Positions 1-11,613 of a stretch of DNA of 64,000 nucleotides are shown here, one piece after another (positions within the stretch are counted from its first letter, which is position 1; each line of letters begins with the position of its first letter). The notes below the pieces were generated by a model. That model saw only the letters and a program-made list of their open reading frames with translations, was not told where the DNA came from and made no database searches. The position numbers and the translations under genes were made by a program. This DNA comes from Mobula birostris (taxonomy: Eukaryota). Where the stretch lies: assembly GCF_030028105.1 (NCBI RefSeq), contig NC_092390.1, forward strand, positions 21,624,427-21,688,426, written 5' to 3'.

Positions 1-26
1 CAATAAGAAACTTTTTCTCTCTCCCC

Positions 27-275
27 ATTCACTAATTATTCCCTTCCCCATCACACTCCCTCATTATCTCCTCCCCACTCCCTCATTATCTCCTCCCCAC
101 TCCCTCATTATCCCCTCCACACTCCCACATTATTCCCTCCACACTCCCTCACTATCCCCTCCCCACTCCCTCATTATCCCCTCCCACACCACACTCCCAC
201 ATTATTCCCTCCTAACCTTCTCCACTCCACACCCTCCTTCACTCCCTTATTTTCCCTTCCACACCCTCCCTCACT
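27..275. repeat. Degenerate C/T-rich minisatellite (~20-22 bp unit, CCCCTCCACACTCCCTCATTAT-like)
   Basis: Repeated ACTCCCTCATTATC(T/C)CCTCC units are directly visible. Confidence 0.85.
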
Positions 276-1796
276 TCCTCCTTATCAATGAAGAGTAAAA
301 TAAACTTATGATCCCGGTGACATGAAATAAAAGAAAGCAATGCTCCAATTAATAAATAGGCCAGACATCACACTTCGCGCCTGAAAACATTAGTGGGTAA
401 TTGCAGTTCTGTCAAAGTACGGGCGGTTTCATACTGTAGGAGTCTACATGGTGCTTCCAGACAAGGATTCCCCCCTGACAATTTACATAGTGTTCTATTT
501 CTGGTCCCTGTGTATTATTTCAAGTCCTGAGAGGGTACATGGTGATTATATATGTCGAATTCTCCATGGGTATTCACGCTCTAGGACTGACCTTTGTGAT
601 TCCAGCCCATTGCACTTGAACAAAATTCCAGCCTAGGAATTCCTCATCCAGAATCCAGCCATGGAGAAGCATGGAGATGTCAGCTCTAGAATTGGTCTAT
701 ATTCTGCTGTAACCTTTGGCAGCCTTTCTCACTATACACAACTCCAGCACTTTTTGTGTGATCAGCATGTTTAGACCATAAGACTGAGGAGCAGAATTAG
801 GCCATTTGGGCCATTGAGTCTGCTCCTCTAATGCATCATAGCTGATGTATCTCCCTTCCCAACCCCATTCTCCTGCTTTCTCCAAGTAACCTTTGACACT
901 CTGACTAATCAAGAACCTATCAACCTCCACTATAAATATACTCAATGACTTGGCCTCCACTGTCACCTGTGGCAGTGAATTCCACAGGTTCACTACCCTA
1001 TGGTGAAAGAAATTCCTCCTTATTGCTGTTCTAAATGCTGTCCCTCTACTCTGAAACTGTGCCCTCTGGCCCTAGACTCACCCACTATAGGAAACATCCT
1101 CTCTACATCTACCCTATCCAGTCCTTTCAATATTTGATATGTTTCAATGAGATTCCCCCTCATTCTTCTAAAATCCAGCAAGTATAGTTCCTGAGCCATC
1201 AAACGCTCCTCACATGTTAACCTCATTCTCATGAACTTCCTCTGAACCCTGTCCAATGCCAACACATCTCCTCAATACGGGGCCCAAAACTGTTCACAGT
1301 TCTCCAAGTGCCATCTGACTAATGGTTATATCCTTGCTCTTGTATTCTAGTCTTCTCAAAATAAATGCCAATGTTGCATTTGCCTTCCTTACCACTGACT
1401 CAACCTGCAAGTTAACCTTTAGGGAATCCTGCACAAGGACTAATAAGTCCCTTTGCAGATTCTTGAATTTTCTCCCTGGTTAGAAAATAGTCTAAGCCTT
1501 TATTCCTCCTAGAAAAGTGTACAACCATACATTTCCTTACACTACATTGCATCTGACAGTTCATTGTCCATTCTCCCAATTTGCCTTAGTCCTTCTGCAG
1601 ACTCCCTTCTGAAACTCGAAGGAAACAGCATCTACTGATTCTCCTTTGTCTATCCTGCTTGTTATTCTCTCAAAGAATTCCAACAGAGTTGTTAGGCAAG
1701 ATTTCCCGTTAAAGAAATCATGCTGACTTTGGCACATTTTATTGTGTGCCTCCAAGTACCCTGAAACCTCATCCTTAAAAATAGAGCCCAACATCT

Positions 1797-1929
1797 TGGC
1801 ATCAAAGGTTACGGGGAGAAGGCTGGGGAGTGGGGTTGAGGAAGGGAAAAAAAAATCAGCCATGGTTGAATGGTGGAGCAGACTCGATGGGCCAAATGGC
1901 CTAACTCTCCCCCTATGTCTTATGGTCTT
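1797..1929 (+). mobile_element. Short 3'-end CR1 insertion nested in an older CR1
   Basis: CR1 3'UTR GGGCCAAATGGCCTAACTC...TATGTCTTATGGTCTT in the opposite orientation, flanked by ATCTT on both sides. Confidence 0.7.
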
Positions 1930-1965
1930 ATCTTCCCGATTACTAATGTGCGGTTAACTGGCATA

Positions 1966-2264
1966 TTAGATTAGATTATGACAACACTCAGTCCTCTTTT
2001 ATTTAGAAGTGCATACATGCATTAAGAAATGATATAACGTTCCTCCAGAATGATATCACAGAAAACAGGACAAACCAAAGACTAACACTGACAGAACCAC
2101 ATAATTATAACATATAGTTACAGCAGTACAAAACAATATCATAATTTGATAAAGAACAGACCACGGGCACGGTAAAAAAGTCTCAAAGTCCTGAGTCCCC
2201 GATAGCAGGCGACAAAGGGAGAAACTTCCTGCCATAAACCTCCAGGCACCGACAACTGCTGATG
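1966..2264 (-). mobile_element. 5'-truncated copy of the (ATCTA)n-tailed non-autonomous retroposon family (see 24508 and 29608)
   Basis: Matches the 3' ~300 bp of the copies at 24508-25310 and 29608-30304. Confidence 0.8.
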
Positions 2265-3420
2265 TCTATATTTTCCTTTCTTCTGCCTCACTCCCTTCTT
2301 AAAGAGTGGAGTGACATTTGCATTTTCCAATCCTCCAGAACCATCCCAGAATCCAGTAATTCATGAAAGATCATAACTAGTGCTCATCAATCTCTTTAGC
2401 TACCCTTTTTAGAACCCTGAGTTGTAGTCCATTTGGTCCAAGTGATTTATCTACCTTCTGACCTTTCATCTTCCCAAGCACTTTCTCCTTAGAAATAGCA
2501 ATATTACTGACTTACATCACATGACACTCTAAAATTTCTTGCATTCTGCAAGTGTCTTACATACTCATCAAGTTTCACCACTGTTTCTTTGTCCCACATT
2601 ACTAACTCTCGATCGTCATTTTCCAGTGGTCCACTCTCGCCTTTCTTGTACTCTTTGAATATTTGAAAAAAGATTTAGTGTCCTCTTTTATATTATTGGC
2701 TAGCTTCCCTTCATATCCCTTCATTTCTGTCCTTATGGCTTTTTAAATAACCTTCTGTTGGTTTTTAACAGCTTTTCAATCCTCTAAGTTCTCACTAATT
2801 TTTACTATGTTGTGTGCCCTCTCCTTTGCTTTTATACTGTCTTTGGCTTCCCTTGTCATCCACGGTTGCCTTATCCTTCCTTTAGAATACTTCTTCATCT
2901 TTGGGATGTATCAATCCTATGGTTTCTGAATTGCCCCCAGTTATCCCCATTGTTATTCTGCCATCATCCCTGCTGGTGTCCCCTTCCAATCAACTTTGGC
3001 CAGTTCCAATTTCATGCCTCTGTAATTCCCTTTACTCCACTGTAATAATGATACATCTGACTTTATCTTCTCCCACTCAGACTGCCAGGTGACTCCTGCT
3101 CTGGCTGCTCTGGCTTTGTGTCTGAGGACTCACTTTCATTCTAAATGGTCTTTGCATACTTTTATTGTTTACACAATTTATTTTCTTTCTCTGCACATTG
3201 GGTATTTGTCACTTTTTTTATGGGTTCTTTTAGGTTTCTTGTTTTGTAGCTGCATGAAAGAAGCCAAATCTCAAGGTTATATAATGTATATATACTTTGA
3301 TAATAAAATGTATTTTGAACTTTTGAACTATGAATTCTGTTATATATCACTGCTTCCTATGTGTTCCTTACACTCTCTAATCATTTTTGGTTTGTTACAC
3401 AACACCCAATCCAGAATCGA

Positions 3421-4010
3421 TTGTAATATGACCCGGATTGCACCATCCATTGTTAACCAGAACAGTAAGCCCCCAACTCCTTTATGCTTACCGCTCTCAC
3501 TGCACTTCCGGTCAGCCCGAACGGTCTGGAAGCCGTCCATGGAGAAGTTTTGATCGGGTATGTCCTCGTGCAGCCCCGTTCCAGTAAAACACATAACATT
3601 GCACTCCCGAAATGTTCCCTGACGCCTGGTTAGCGCCTTGAACTCGTCCATTTTATTACCCACCGAACTCCTCTTCTCCATAGGTCTCTGTTGTCTCGAC
3701 CCGGTCCTCTTTCCTCGCCTTTGTGATCCCCCTCTGCATCCTCTGTATGTTTTCCTCCAGATTTCAGCCGGGGTGTCTGCCGCTCTGCTCGCTAAACCGG
3801 CCGACATAAGCTCAATCAGCTGGTCCCTGGAATAAACAATGCATCCATGCTTCTGTCCCGCTAATGAGACGTGTCGGGATGTAACTATTTCCAGCACTAA
3901 AAACCCAAATAAAACTCTCTCTACCAGCATGTTAGAGAGGGTGCAGCTTCAATGTGTTACCGTGAAAAAAATACAAAAATAATGTAAGTTAAAAAAGTAA
4001 GAAGAAAAAA
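3421..4010 (-). mobile_element. Rex1/Babar LINE 5' fragment (start of the APE endonuclease)
   Basis: ORF 3340-3930: YSRDQL..., GNKMDEF...RECNVMCFT.T.LHEDIPD...DGFQTVRADR...SGK.KG resembles the Rex1 endonuclease N-terminus. Confidence 0.75.
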
Positions 4011-4014
4011 GTAA

Positions 4015-7000
4015 GAATCCTACAGGCCCAGAGCCATCAAATGCTTTTCATATGACAAGCTGTTCAATCCTGGAATCATTTTTGTGAACCTTCTTTGAAC
4101 CCTCTCCAGTTTTAGTACATCCTTTCAAAGATAAGGGGCCCAAAACTGTTAATAGTATTCCAAGCGAGCCTCATCAGTGCTTTATAGTCTCAATTTTACA
4201 TCCTTGATTCATATTCTAGTCTTCTTAAAATGAATGCTAACATTGCATTTGCCTTCCTAAGCACAGACTGAACCTACAAGTTAACCTTCAGGGAATCCTG
4301 CACAAGGACTCCCAAGTCCCTTTGTGCCTCAGTTTTTTGGTATTTTCTCACCATTTAGAAAACAATCAACCCTTTTATTTCTTCTGCCAAAATGCATGAC
4401 CATACAGTTCCCAACACTGTATTCCATCTGCCATTTCTTTGCCCAGTCTCCTAATCTGTCTAAGTCCTTCTATAGCCTCTCTACTTCCTCAAAACTACCT
4501 GACCCTCCACCTACTTTCATATCATCTGCAAACTTTGTAACAAAGCCATCAATTATATCATTGACAAATAACGTAAAAAGAATTGGTCACAACACACACC
4601 CCTGTGGAACACCACCAGTCACCGGCAGACAACCAGAAAAGGCTCCCTTTCCTCCCATTCTTGTCCTCTTGCCAATCAGCCAATGCTTTATTGATGCTAG
4701 AATCTTCCCTGTAATACCATGGGCTCATAACTTGTTAAGCTGCCTAATGTGTGGCACTTTGTCAAACGCTTTCTGAAAATCCAACGTCAACTGTTTCTCC
4801 ATTGTCTATCCTGTTGGTTATTCCTTCAAAGAATTCCAACAAATCTGTCCGCTAAGATTTTCTCTTGACAAAACCATGCTGATTACAGCTTAATTTGTCA
4901 TGTGCCCCCAAGTACCCTGAGACCTCATCCTTGATAATTGACTCCAACATCTTCCCAGCAACTGAGGTCAGTCTAACAGACCTATTGTTTCCTTTCCTCT
5001 GCCTCTCTTCCATCGTCAAGTGTGGAGTGACATTTGCAATTTTTCAGTCTTCAGGAACCATTACAGAACCTAACGATTCTCAAAAGATTGCCTTCACAAT
5101 CTCTTCAGCCACCTCTTCCAGAACTCTGAGGTGCACACCATCTGGTTCAGGTGCCTTATCTACCTTCAGATCTTTCAGTTTCCCAAGAACCTTGTCTCTA
5201 GTTATGGTGGCTTTGACTTCTCTTGTTAGCCACGGTTGTGTCATCTTTCCTTTAGAATGCTTCTTCCTCTTTGAGATGTATATATCCTGTGCCTTCCGAA
5301 TTGCTTCCAGAAATTCCAGCCATTGCTGTTCTGTCATCATCCTTGCCAGTGTTCTTTTCCAATTAATTCTGGCCGACTCCTCTCTCATGCCTCTGTAATT
5401 CCCTTTATTCCACTGTAATATGATACATCTGACTTTAGCTTCTCCTTCTCAAATTTCAGGGTGAATTCGATCATATTATGATCTCTGGCCCCTGAGGGTT
5501 CTTTTACCTTAAGCTCTCATATTAATTCTGGTTCATTGCACAACACCCAATCCAGAATAGCTGATCCTCTACTGGGCTCAACCATGAGGTGCTCTAAAAG
5601 CCATCTCATTAGCACTTTAGAAATTCCCCTTCCTGGAATCCAGCACCATATGAACATAAGAACAGAAGAAGTAGGAGCAGGAGTAGACCATCTGGACCAA
5701 CGAGCCTGCTCCCCATTCAATATGATCATGGCTGATCTGGCTATGGACTCATCCCCATCCATAACCTTTAATTTTCCCAATCTACCTGTATATTGAAATC
5801 CCCCATGACTATTGTATTATTGTTCTTTTGACATGCATTTTCTATCTCCCATTATAAGTTATAGGTCACATTCTTACTACTGTTTGTGGGTCTCTATACA
5901 ACTCCCATCAGAGTCTTTTTACCCTTGCAGTTCCCTAGCTCTATCTACAATGATTCAACACCTTCTGACACTATGTCACCTCTTTCTAATGATTTGAATT
6001 CATTTTTTACCAACAGAGGAAAGCTGCCCCTCTGTCTTCCTGCCTGTCCTTTCGATACAACGCGTACCCTTCGGACATTAAGCTCCCAGCTATTATCTTC
6101 TTTCAGCTATGATTCAGCGATGACTACAACATCATACCTGCCAATCTGCAACTGTGCTGCAAGTTCATCTACTTTATTCTATATACTGCGCACATTCAAA
6201 TATAACACCTTCAGTCCTGTATTTACCCTTCTTGTTTTTGTTCACCTTTTACTTTGCAACGCATCCTGTTGGCTGCAATTTTGCCCTATCAACAGCCTCT
6301 CCTCACTAGTCATCATCTCTGTGTGTAAACCAGCTACCTCATCTTCAGCACTATCATCTGCTTCTCCTACGATACTTATTGTATTGAAATATACGCAGCT
6401 CAGGACACTAGTCGCACCATGCTCAACCTTTTGATTCCTAACTTTGCCTAAGTTTTCCTAAGTTTCCACGAACTGTTCTGGCATTGGTTCCCATCCCCCC
6501 TGTAACTCTGGTTTAAACCCCACTGTGCAGGAGTAGCAAACCTTCCCACTAGGATCTTAGTACCCCTGCAGTTCAGGTGCAAACTGTCCCTTCTGTGCAG
6601 GTCCCACATTCCCTGGAAGAGATCCCAAAGATCCAAAAATCTTATGCCCTCCCTCCTACACCAACTCCTTAGGCACATATTAAACTCTATAAGGTTCCTA
6701 GTTCTGGCCTCACTAGCACGTGGCATGGGTAGCAATCCTAAGATCACAACCCTGGACGTCCTTGCCCTTTAACTTGGCACCTAACTCCCTATGCAGAACC
6801 TCATCACTTGTCCTACCCATCTCATTGGTATCTACATGGACCATGACTTCTCACTGTTCACCCTCCCACTTAAGAATGCTGAGGACTCGATACGAGATAT
6901 CCCGGACCCTGGCACCCGGGAGGCTGCATACCATCTGGGAATCCCATTCTCACCCACCGAACCTCCTGTCTGTTTCCCTAACTAATGAATTCCCTATCAC

Positions 7001-7100
7001 CACAGCATGTCTCTTCTCCCCCCTTCCCTTCTGAGTCACAGAGACAGACTCAGCACCAGAGACTCATCCACTGTGACTTTCCTTAGATCACCCCCCCAAC
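4015..7100 (-). mobile_element. Degraded CR1 LINE with ORF1 SGNH-esterase remnant plus EN/RT fragments
   Basis: ORF 6448-6747 (LLPMPRASEAR...WCRREGIRFLD.W..F...DSLHLN.RG) is the CR1 ORF1 esterase; AILDWVLCNEP (EN) and KVDKAPEPDGVH (ORF2) also present. Confidence 0.85.
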
Positions 7101-7445
7101 CCCAGTATCCCTGTTGTTGGGGGGGGGGTGGCCACAGGGGTACTCTGCACTGGGGAGAAAACGGAGAGCTATGTCGGAGGTAAGGGTTAGATTGATCTTA
7201 GAGAAAGTTCAAAGGTTAGCAGACATAGTGAGCCAAAGAGCCTGTACTGTGCTGTAGTGTTCTATGTTCTATGCTCTAAATGCCAGATCTCTGCTGAGCT
7301 GTGGAGCCTCCAGGATCTGTCACTTGGCTTGTATGATGGTTGCTGCGAGCTGTGCCAAGCTGCAGTCCAGTTATTTTGGAGTGGGATCAGACTTTCAATT
7401 GACCTGATTGAGAATTTCTGACATGTGCAGTAAATAAGTAAGAAT

Positions 7446-9320
7446 ACATAGAAACATACATAGAAAATAGGTGCAGGAGTAGGCCATTCGGCCCTTCGAG
7501 CCTGCACCGCCATTTATTATGATCATGGCTGATCATCCAACTCAGAACCCCGCCCCAGCCTTCCCTCCATACCCCCTGACCCCCGTAGCCACAAGGGCCA
7601 TATCTAACTCCCTCTTAAATATAGCCAATGAACTGGCCTCAACTGTTTCCTGTGGCAGAGAATTCCACAGATTCACCACTCTCTGTGTGAAGAAGTTTTT
7701 CCTAATCTCGGTCCTAAAAGGCTTCCCCTCTATCCTCAAACTGTGGCCCCTCGTTCTGGACTTCCCCAACATCGGGAACAATCTTCCTGCATCTAGCCTG
7801 TCCAATCCCTTTAGGATCTTATACGTTTCAATCAGATCCCCCCTCAATCTTCTAAATTCCAACGAGTACAAGTCCAGTTCATCCAGTCTTTCTTCATATG
7901 AAAGTCCTGCAATCCCAGGAATCAATCTGGTGAACCTTCTTTGTACTCCCTCTATGGCAAGGATGTCTTTCCTCAGATTAGGGGACCAAAACTGCACACA
8001 ATACTCCAGGTGTGGTCTCACCAAGGCCTTGTACAACTGCAGTAGTACCTCCCTGCTCCAGCACTCGAATCCTTTCGCTATAAATGCCAGCATATCATTC
8101 GCCTTTTTCACCGCCTGCTGTACCTGCATGCCCACTTTCAATGACTGGTGTATAATGACACCCAGGTCTCGTTGCACCTCCCCTTTTCCTAATCGGCCAC
8201 CATTCAGATAATAATCTGTTTTCCTATTTTTGCCACCAAAGTGGATAACTTCACATTTATCCACATTAAATTGCATCTGCCATGAATTTGCCCACTCACC
8301 CAACCTATCCAAGTCACCCTGCATCCTCTTAGCATCCTCCTCACAGCTAACACTGCCACCCAGCTTCGTGTCATCCGCAAACTTGGAGATGCTGCATTTA
8401 ATTCCCTCATCCAAGTCATTAATATATATTGTAAACAACTGAGGTCCCAGCACTGAGCCTTGCGGTACCCCACTAGTCACCGCCTGCCATTCTGAAAAGA
8501 TCCCGTTTATTCCCACTCTTTGCTTCCTGTCTGCTAACCAACTCTCCACCCACACCAATACCTTACCCGCAATACCGTGTGCTTTAAGTTTGCACACTAA
8601 TCTCCTGTGTGGGACCTTGTCAAAAGCCTTCTGAAAATCCAAATATACCACATCCACTGGTTCTCCCCTATCCACTCTACTAGTTACATCCTCAAAAAAT
8701 TGTATGAGATTCGTCAGACATGATTTTCCTTTCACAAATCCATGCTGACTTTGTCCAATCATTTCACCGCTTTCCAAATGTGCTGTTATCACATCCTTGA
8801 TAACTGACTCCAGCAGTTTCCCCACCACCGACGTTAGGCTAACCGGTCTATAATTCCCCGGTTTCTCTCTCCCTCCTTTTTTAAAAAGTGGAGTTACATT
8901 AGCCACCCTCCAATCCTCAGGAACTAGTCCAGAATCTAACGAGTTTTGAAAAATTATCACTAATGCATCCACTATTTCTTGGGCTACTTCCTTAAGCACC
9001 CTGGGATGCAGACCATCTGGCCCTGGGGATTTATCTGCCTTCAATCCCTTCAATTTACCTAACACCACTTCCCTACTAACATGTATTTCGCTCAGTTCCT
9101 CCATCTCACTGGACCCTCTGTCCCCTACTATTTCTGGAAGATTATTTATGTCCTCCTTAGTGAAGACAGAACCAAAGTAATTATTCAATTGGTCTGCCAT
9201 GTCCTTGCTCCCCATAATCAATTCACCTGTTTCTGTCTGCAGGGGACCTACATTTGTCTTTACCAGTCTTTTCCTTTTCACATATCTATAAAAGCTTTTA
9301 CAGTCTGTTTTTATGTTTCC
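7446..9320 (-). mobile_element. Young 5'-truncated CR1 LINE with an uninterrupted RT reading frame
   Basis: No stops from ~9320 to 7542; intact 3'UTR with TATGTTTC-type tail at 7446-7470. Confidence 0.95.
7542..9215 (-). CDS. CR1 ORF2 reverse transcriptase (endonuclease-less, 557 aa from the first in-frame ATG); TE-encoded, expression unknown
   Basis: Motifs KSPGPDG, GNYRPVSLTS, QHGFVKGKSC, YLDFQKAFDKV, SGVPQGSVLGP, FADDTKL, LVRPHLEY, RVVNLWNSLP. Confidence 0.6.
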   Translation of the reverse strand: MGSKDMADQLNNYFGSVFTKEDINNLPEIVGDRGSSEMEELSEIHVSREVVLGKLKGLKADKSPGPDGLHPRVLKEVAQEIVDALVIIFQNSLDSGLVPEDWRVANVTPLFKKGGREKPGNYRPVSLTSVVGKLLESVIKDVITAHLESGEMIGQSQHGFVKGKSCLTNLIQFFEDVTSRVDRGEPVDVVYLDFQKAFDKVPHRRLVCKLKAHGIAGKVLVWVESWLADRKQRVGINGIFSEWQAVTSGVPQGSVLGPQLFTIYINDLDEGIKCSISKFADDTKLGGSVSCEEDAKRMQGDLDRLGEWANSWQMQFNVDKCEVIHFGGKNRKTDYYLNGGRLGKGEVQRDLGVIIHQSLKVGMQVQQAVKKANDMLAFIAKGFECWSREVLLQLYKALVRPHLEYCVQFWSPNLRKDILAIEGVQRRFTRLIPGIAGLSYEERLDELDLYSLEFRRLRGDLIETYKILKGLDRLDAGRLFPMLGKSRTRGHSLRIEGKPFRTEIRKNFFTQRVVNLWNSLPQETVEASSLAIFKRELDMALVATGVRGYGGKAGAGF

Positions 9321-9330
9321 TTTTAAAAAA

Positions 9331-10218
9331 CTTATTTCAGTTACTTTGAATTTCCTTCTGCAGCCTGAGGAAAAGTACACACTCAGGACAACAAATACTT
9401 TTTCGGGTCTTAATTCCTTTATCTGTTTTAGATGTTTAAGTGCCAGTAGAGGGTCGCGGAACAAAACGAACGGATTTACAACCAGTCCTTGCCATTACAA
9501 TCTCAGTTTAACTTTCGATCCACACCCTTGTGTATGAACAGAATTGCGTATTGCAGTATAAAAATACCAGAACTAATACGGTACAAATACGGTAGTGGCA
9601 ATCCTGAAGGAACACAATACAAACAACATTAGAATCCCACCCACCCTGCATCTTATACATAACAGCAAAAAACGTAAGCGAATACATCTCATCTAAGACC
9701 TACACACGTGCTGAACTTCCGAACAGAGATTAAACATTCACGCTACGCGGTTACATGCACAATCAGTCCCAATACAATAAAATTAGACAAAAGGAAAACT
9801 TTGGCACAACTTTTACAAGGTATTGCCTGGTATTTAAATTACAGGAAGACTGACCTACTTGGCTGGTGAGGAACTTTGTATAAGCCACACTACCCAGCGT
9901 CGATTCCTTCACTCGTGGAAATCTAAAGCATTCACATGTAAAACATGTCAAATTACCGATATTCTCGGTCCGCCAACAAGCATAAACGAATTCACATGGA
10001 TAATGTCAATTTATACTCGCCTTTCCACACCATGCCCAGAACACTCTGGGAAGAACCCGATTCCAACGCCTTACCACGTCTTCAGCAGAAAGCAAAATGG
10101 TCTCCCCACTATCCCGCGCATGCGTAATGACATCACCATCTCCCCTTAAAGGCACAGACAACTATTCTAGCATTACCCGGATGGATGCCTAAGTACACTT
10201 TTAACATTACTGAATAAG
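9331..10218 (-). mobile_element. Unclassified CpG-rich LTR-like / promoter-bearing element
   Basis: CpG-rich block with no convincing coding potential. It has imperfect inverted ends (CTTATTTCAGT 9331-9341 / ACTGAATAAG 10209-10218), GCCTTTAAG near the minus-strand 5' end, and NRF1-, CRE- and TATA-like motifs. Confidence 0.45.
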
Positions 10219-11010
10219 ATCCGACGGTCACCTGGTTATACTTAATTGTTTTCTGTTTTTCGTGAAACTGATGTAAAGCTTTGACAGATGTCAAGGCACC
10301 TTTCCCTCAAATCAAACACTGATCTCAGAGAGAACCTCAGGATATCCCCACCATCACCTGGTTGTGGCTCATAAACACCTGGTCAGAACAGCCCATTTTG
10401 TCTTTACATTTCGCCCAGATGAGGAGTGCATGCATGGACCAGGCTTGGGGGTACAGTCAACAAATGGAATTCAACTGGATATGACCCAGTGTGTTTAACT
10501 CTACAAGTGCCCATTCCTGGTCTAGTTACACCTCTGATGGGTGGGTTCAAGTTCATGAAAAATTACAATAATTGTGTGCTTAATAACTCAGCAATACATA
10601 GTATACAATACTTGGCACATCAGTTACAATAATACCCTGAATTGGTCTTCAGATCTAAAGTGTGTAGCAAGAACTGATACCTTTGATGTGGTAAAATGTG
10701 TGGAAATTCACAATCCTAACAGAATAAGCAAGAACTCATGGCATGAGCTACCCAAGATCAGTGCATGTCCTTACCAGGCCAGTTAGGTGCTGGGTAGCTG
10801 GTGTTGCCTTGGCATTTGCCAATTTCAGTTCCATATACTGAAACAGAACATGATCCTGCTATTGTATTCATGCATCATTTAGTTTAATAACACCATCAGC
10901 TTAATGAGGATTGGGAAAGAAGAGAAGAAAATAACCAAGGGATTTAATCTGTTTGTTTAATAAGTGTAACTAACATTAATGAAAATGTAGCTAAATCGAG
11001 TTTTGCCATT

Positions 11011-11058
11011 AATGACGTGGTCAAGTTATTCTTCTGGGTATTTCCAACAATTATAAAA
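11011..11058 (+). promoter_or_regulatory. Putative core promoter of the GPCR gene (CRE-like TGACGTGG; TATAAAA 11052-11058)
   Basis: TATA box lies ~50 bp upstream of the ATG at 11105. Confidence 0.5.
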
Positions 11059-11104
11059 TGGGATCCTTTGCTTGTCAACAAGTTACCTGAGGCTCAAGGA
11101 GAAA

Positions 11105-11174
11105 ATGCATGCACGAGTTACGGGCCTGGTTTTTGCCATTTACTATCCTGTTCTGGCAGCTTTTGGTATTTCAG
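11105..11174 (+). CDS. GPR139-like: GPR139-like GPCR, coding exon 1 (MHARVTGLVFAIYYPVLAAFGIS-G)
   Basis: ATG in AAAATGC context; IYYPVLAA.G TM1 motif typical of chondrichthyan GPR139-like receptors; donor CAG|GTGAGG in phase 1, matching exon 2. Confidence 0.85.
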
Positions 11175-11269
11175 GTGAGGCAATGTACAATGTACAATGA
11201 TTTGAGACACAAGAGATTGAGGGTGCTGGAATGCTTTGAATTTGATTGTGTTCATACTCTTCCCATGTT

Positions 11270-11612
11270 GCTGACCATAGAAATTGTCTTTCTCTTTCTT
11301 GGAGACATATTCAATGGTAAATGTTATCTGTATGGATTTTAGCAAGGCCTTTGACAATGACCGCATCGTAGACTGGCCAGGTTAAGTCCGGTGGAATCCA
11401 GCAAGAACAGGTAATGGGGATTCCAAATTGTCTTAGAGACAGGAAACAGAAGGTGGTGGTTGAAGGTTGTTTCTCAGAATGGAAGCTGGTGATTGGTGGC
11501 GTGCCGCAGAGATGAGTGTTATTGTTATTATTCGTTGTTTATAGAAATAATTTGGATGCAAATGCACAAGGCCTGATCAGTAAGTTTGTAGGTGTCATAA
11601 AATTAGTAGGTG
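11270..11612 (+). mobile_element. Old CR1 RT fragment (continues at ~12672-12845)
   Basis: ATGGATTTTAGCAAGGCCTTTGAC (MDFSKAFD) and AGTAAGTTTG motifs. Confidence 0.65.
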
Positions 11613-11613
11613 T

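Larger units (their letters stand above)
770..3420 (-). mobile_element. Degraded CR1 LINE (ORF2 3' part), interrupted by nested insertions
   Basis: ORF fragments WNSLPQ..VEAKSL, RVQRKFMR, SQHDFFNGKSCLTTLLEFFE and ANVTPLFKKG are CR1 RT motifs; CR1 3'UTR/tail near 770-810. Confidence 0.85.

Noticed and set aside
9321-9464. N-terminal extension of the 640-aa ORF as genuine ORF2 sequence
   Set aside because: Non-ATG start; the residues come from the flanking element and CR1 homology begins at ~9320.
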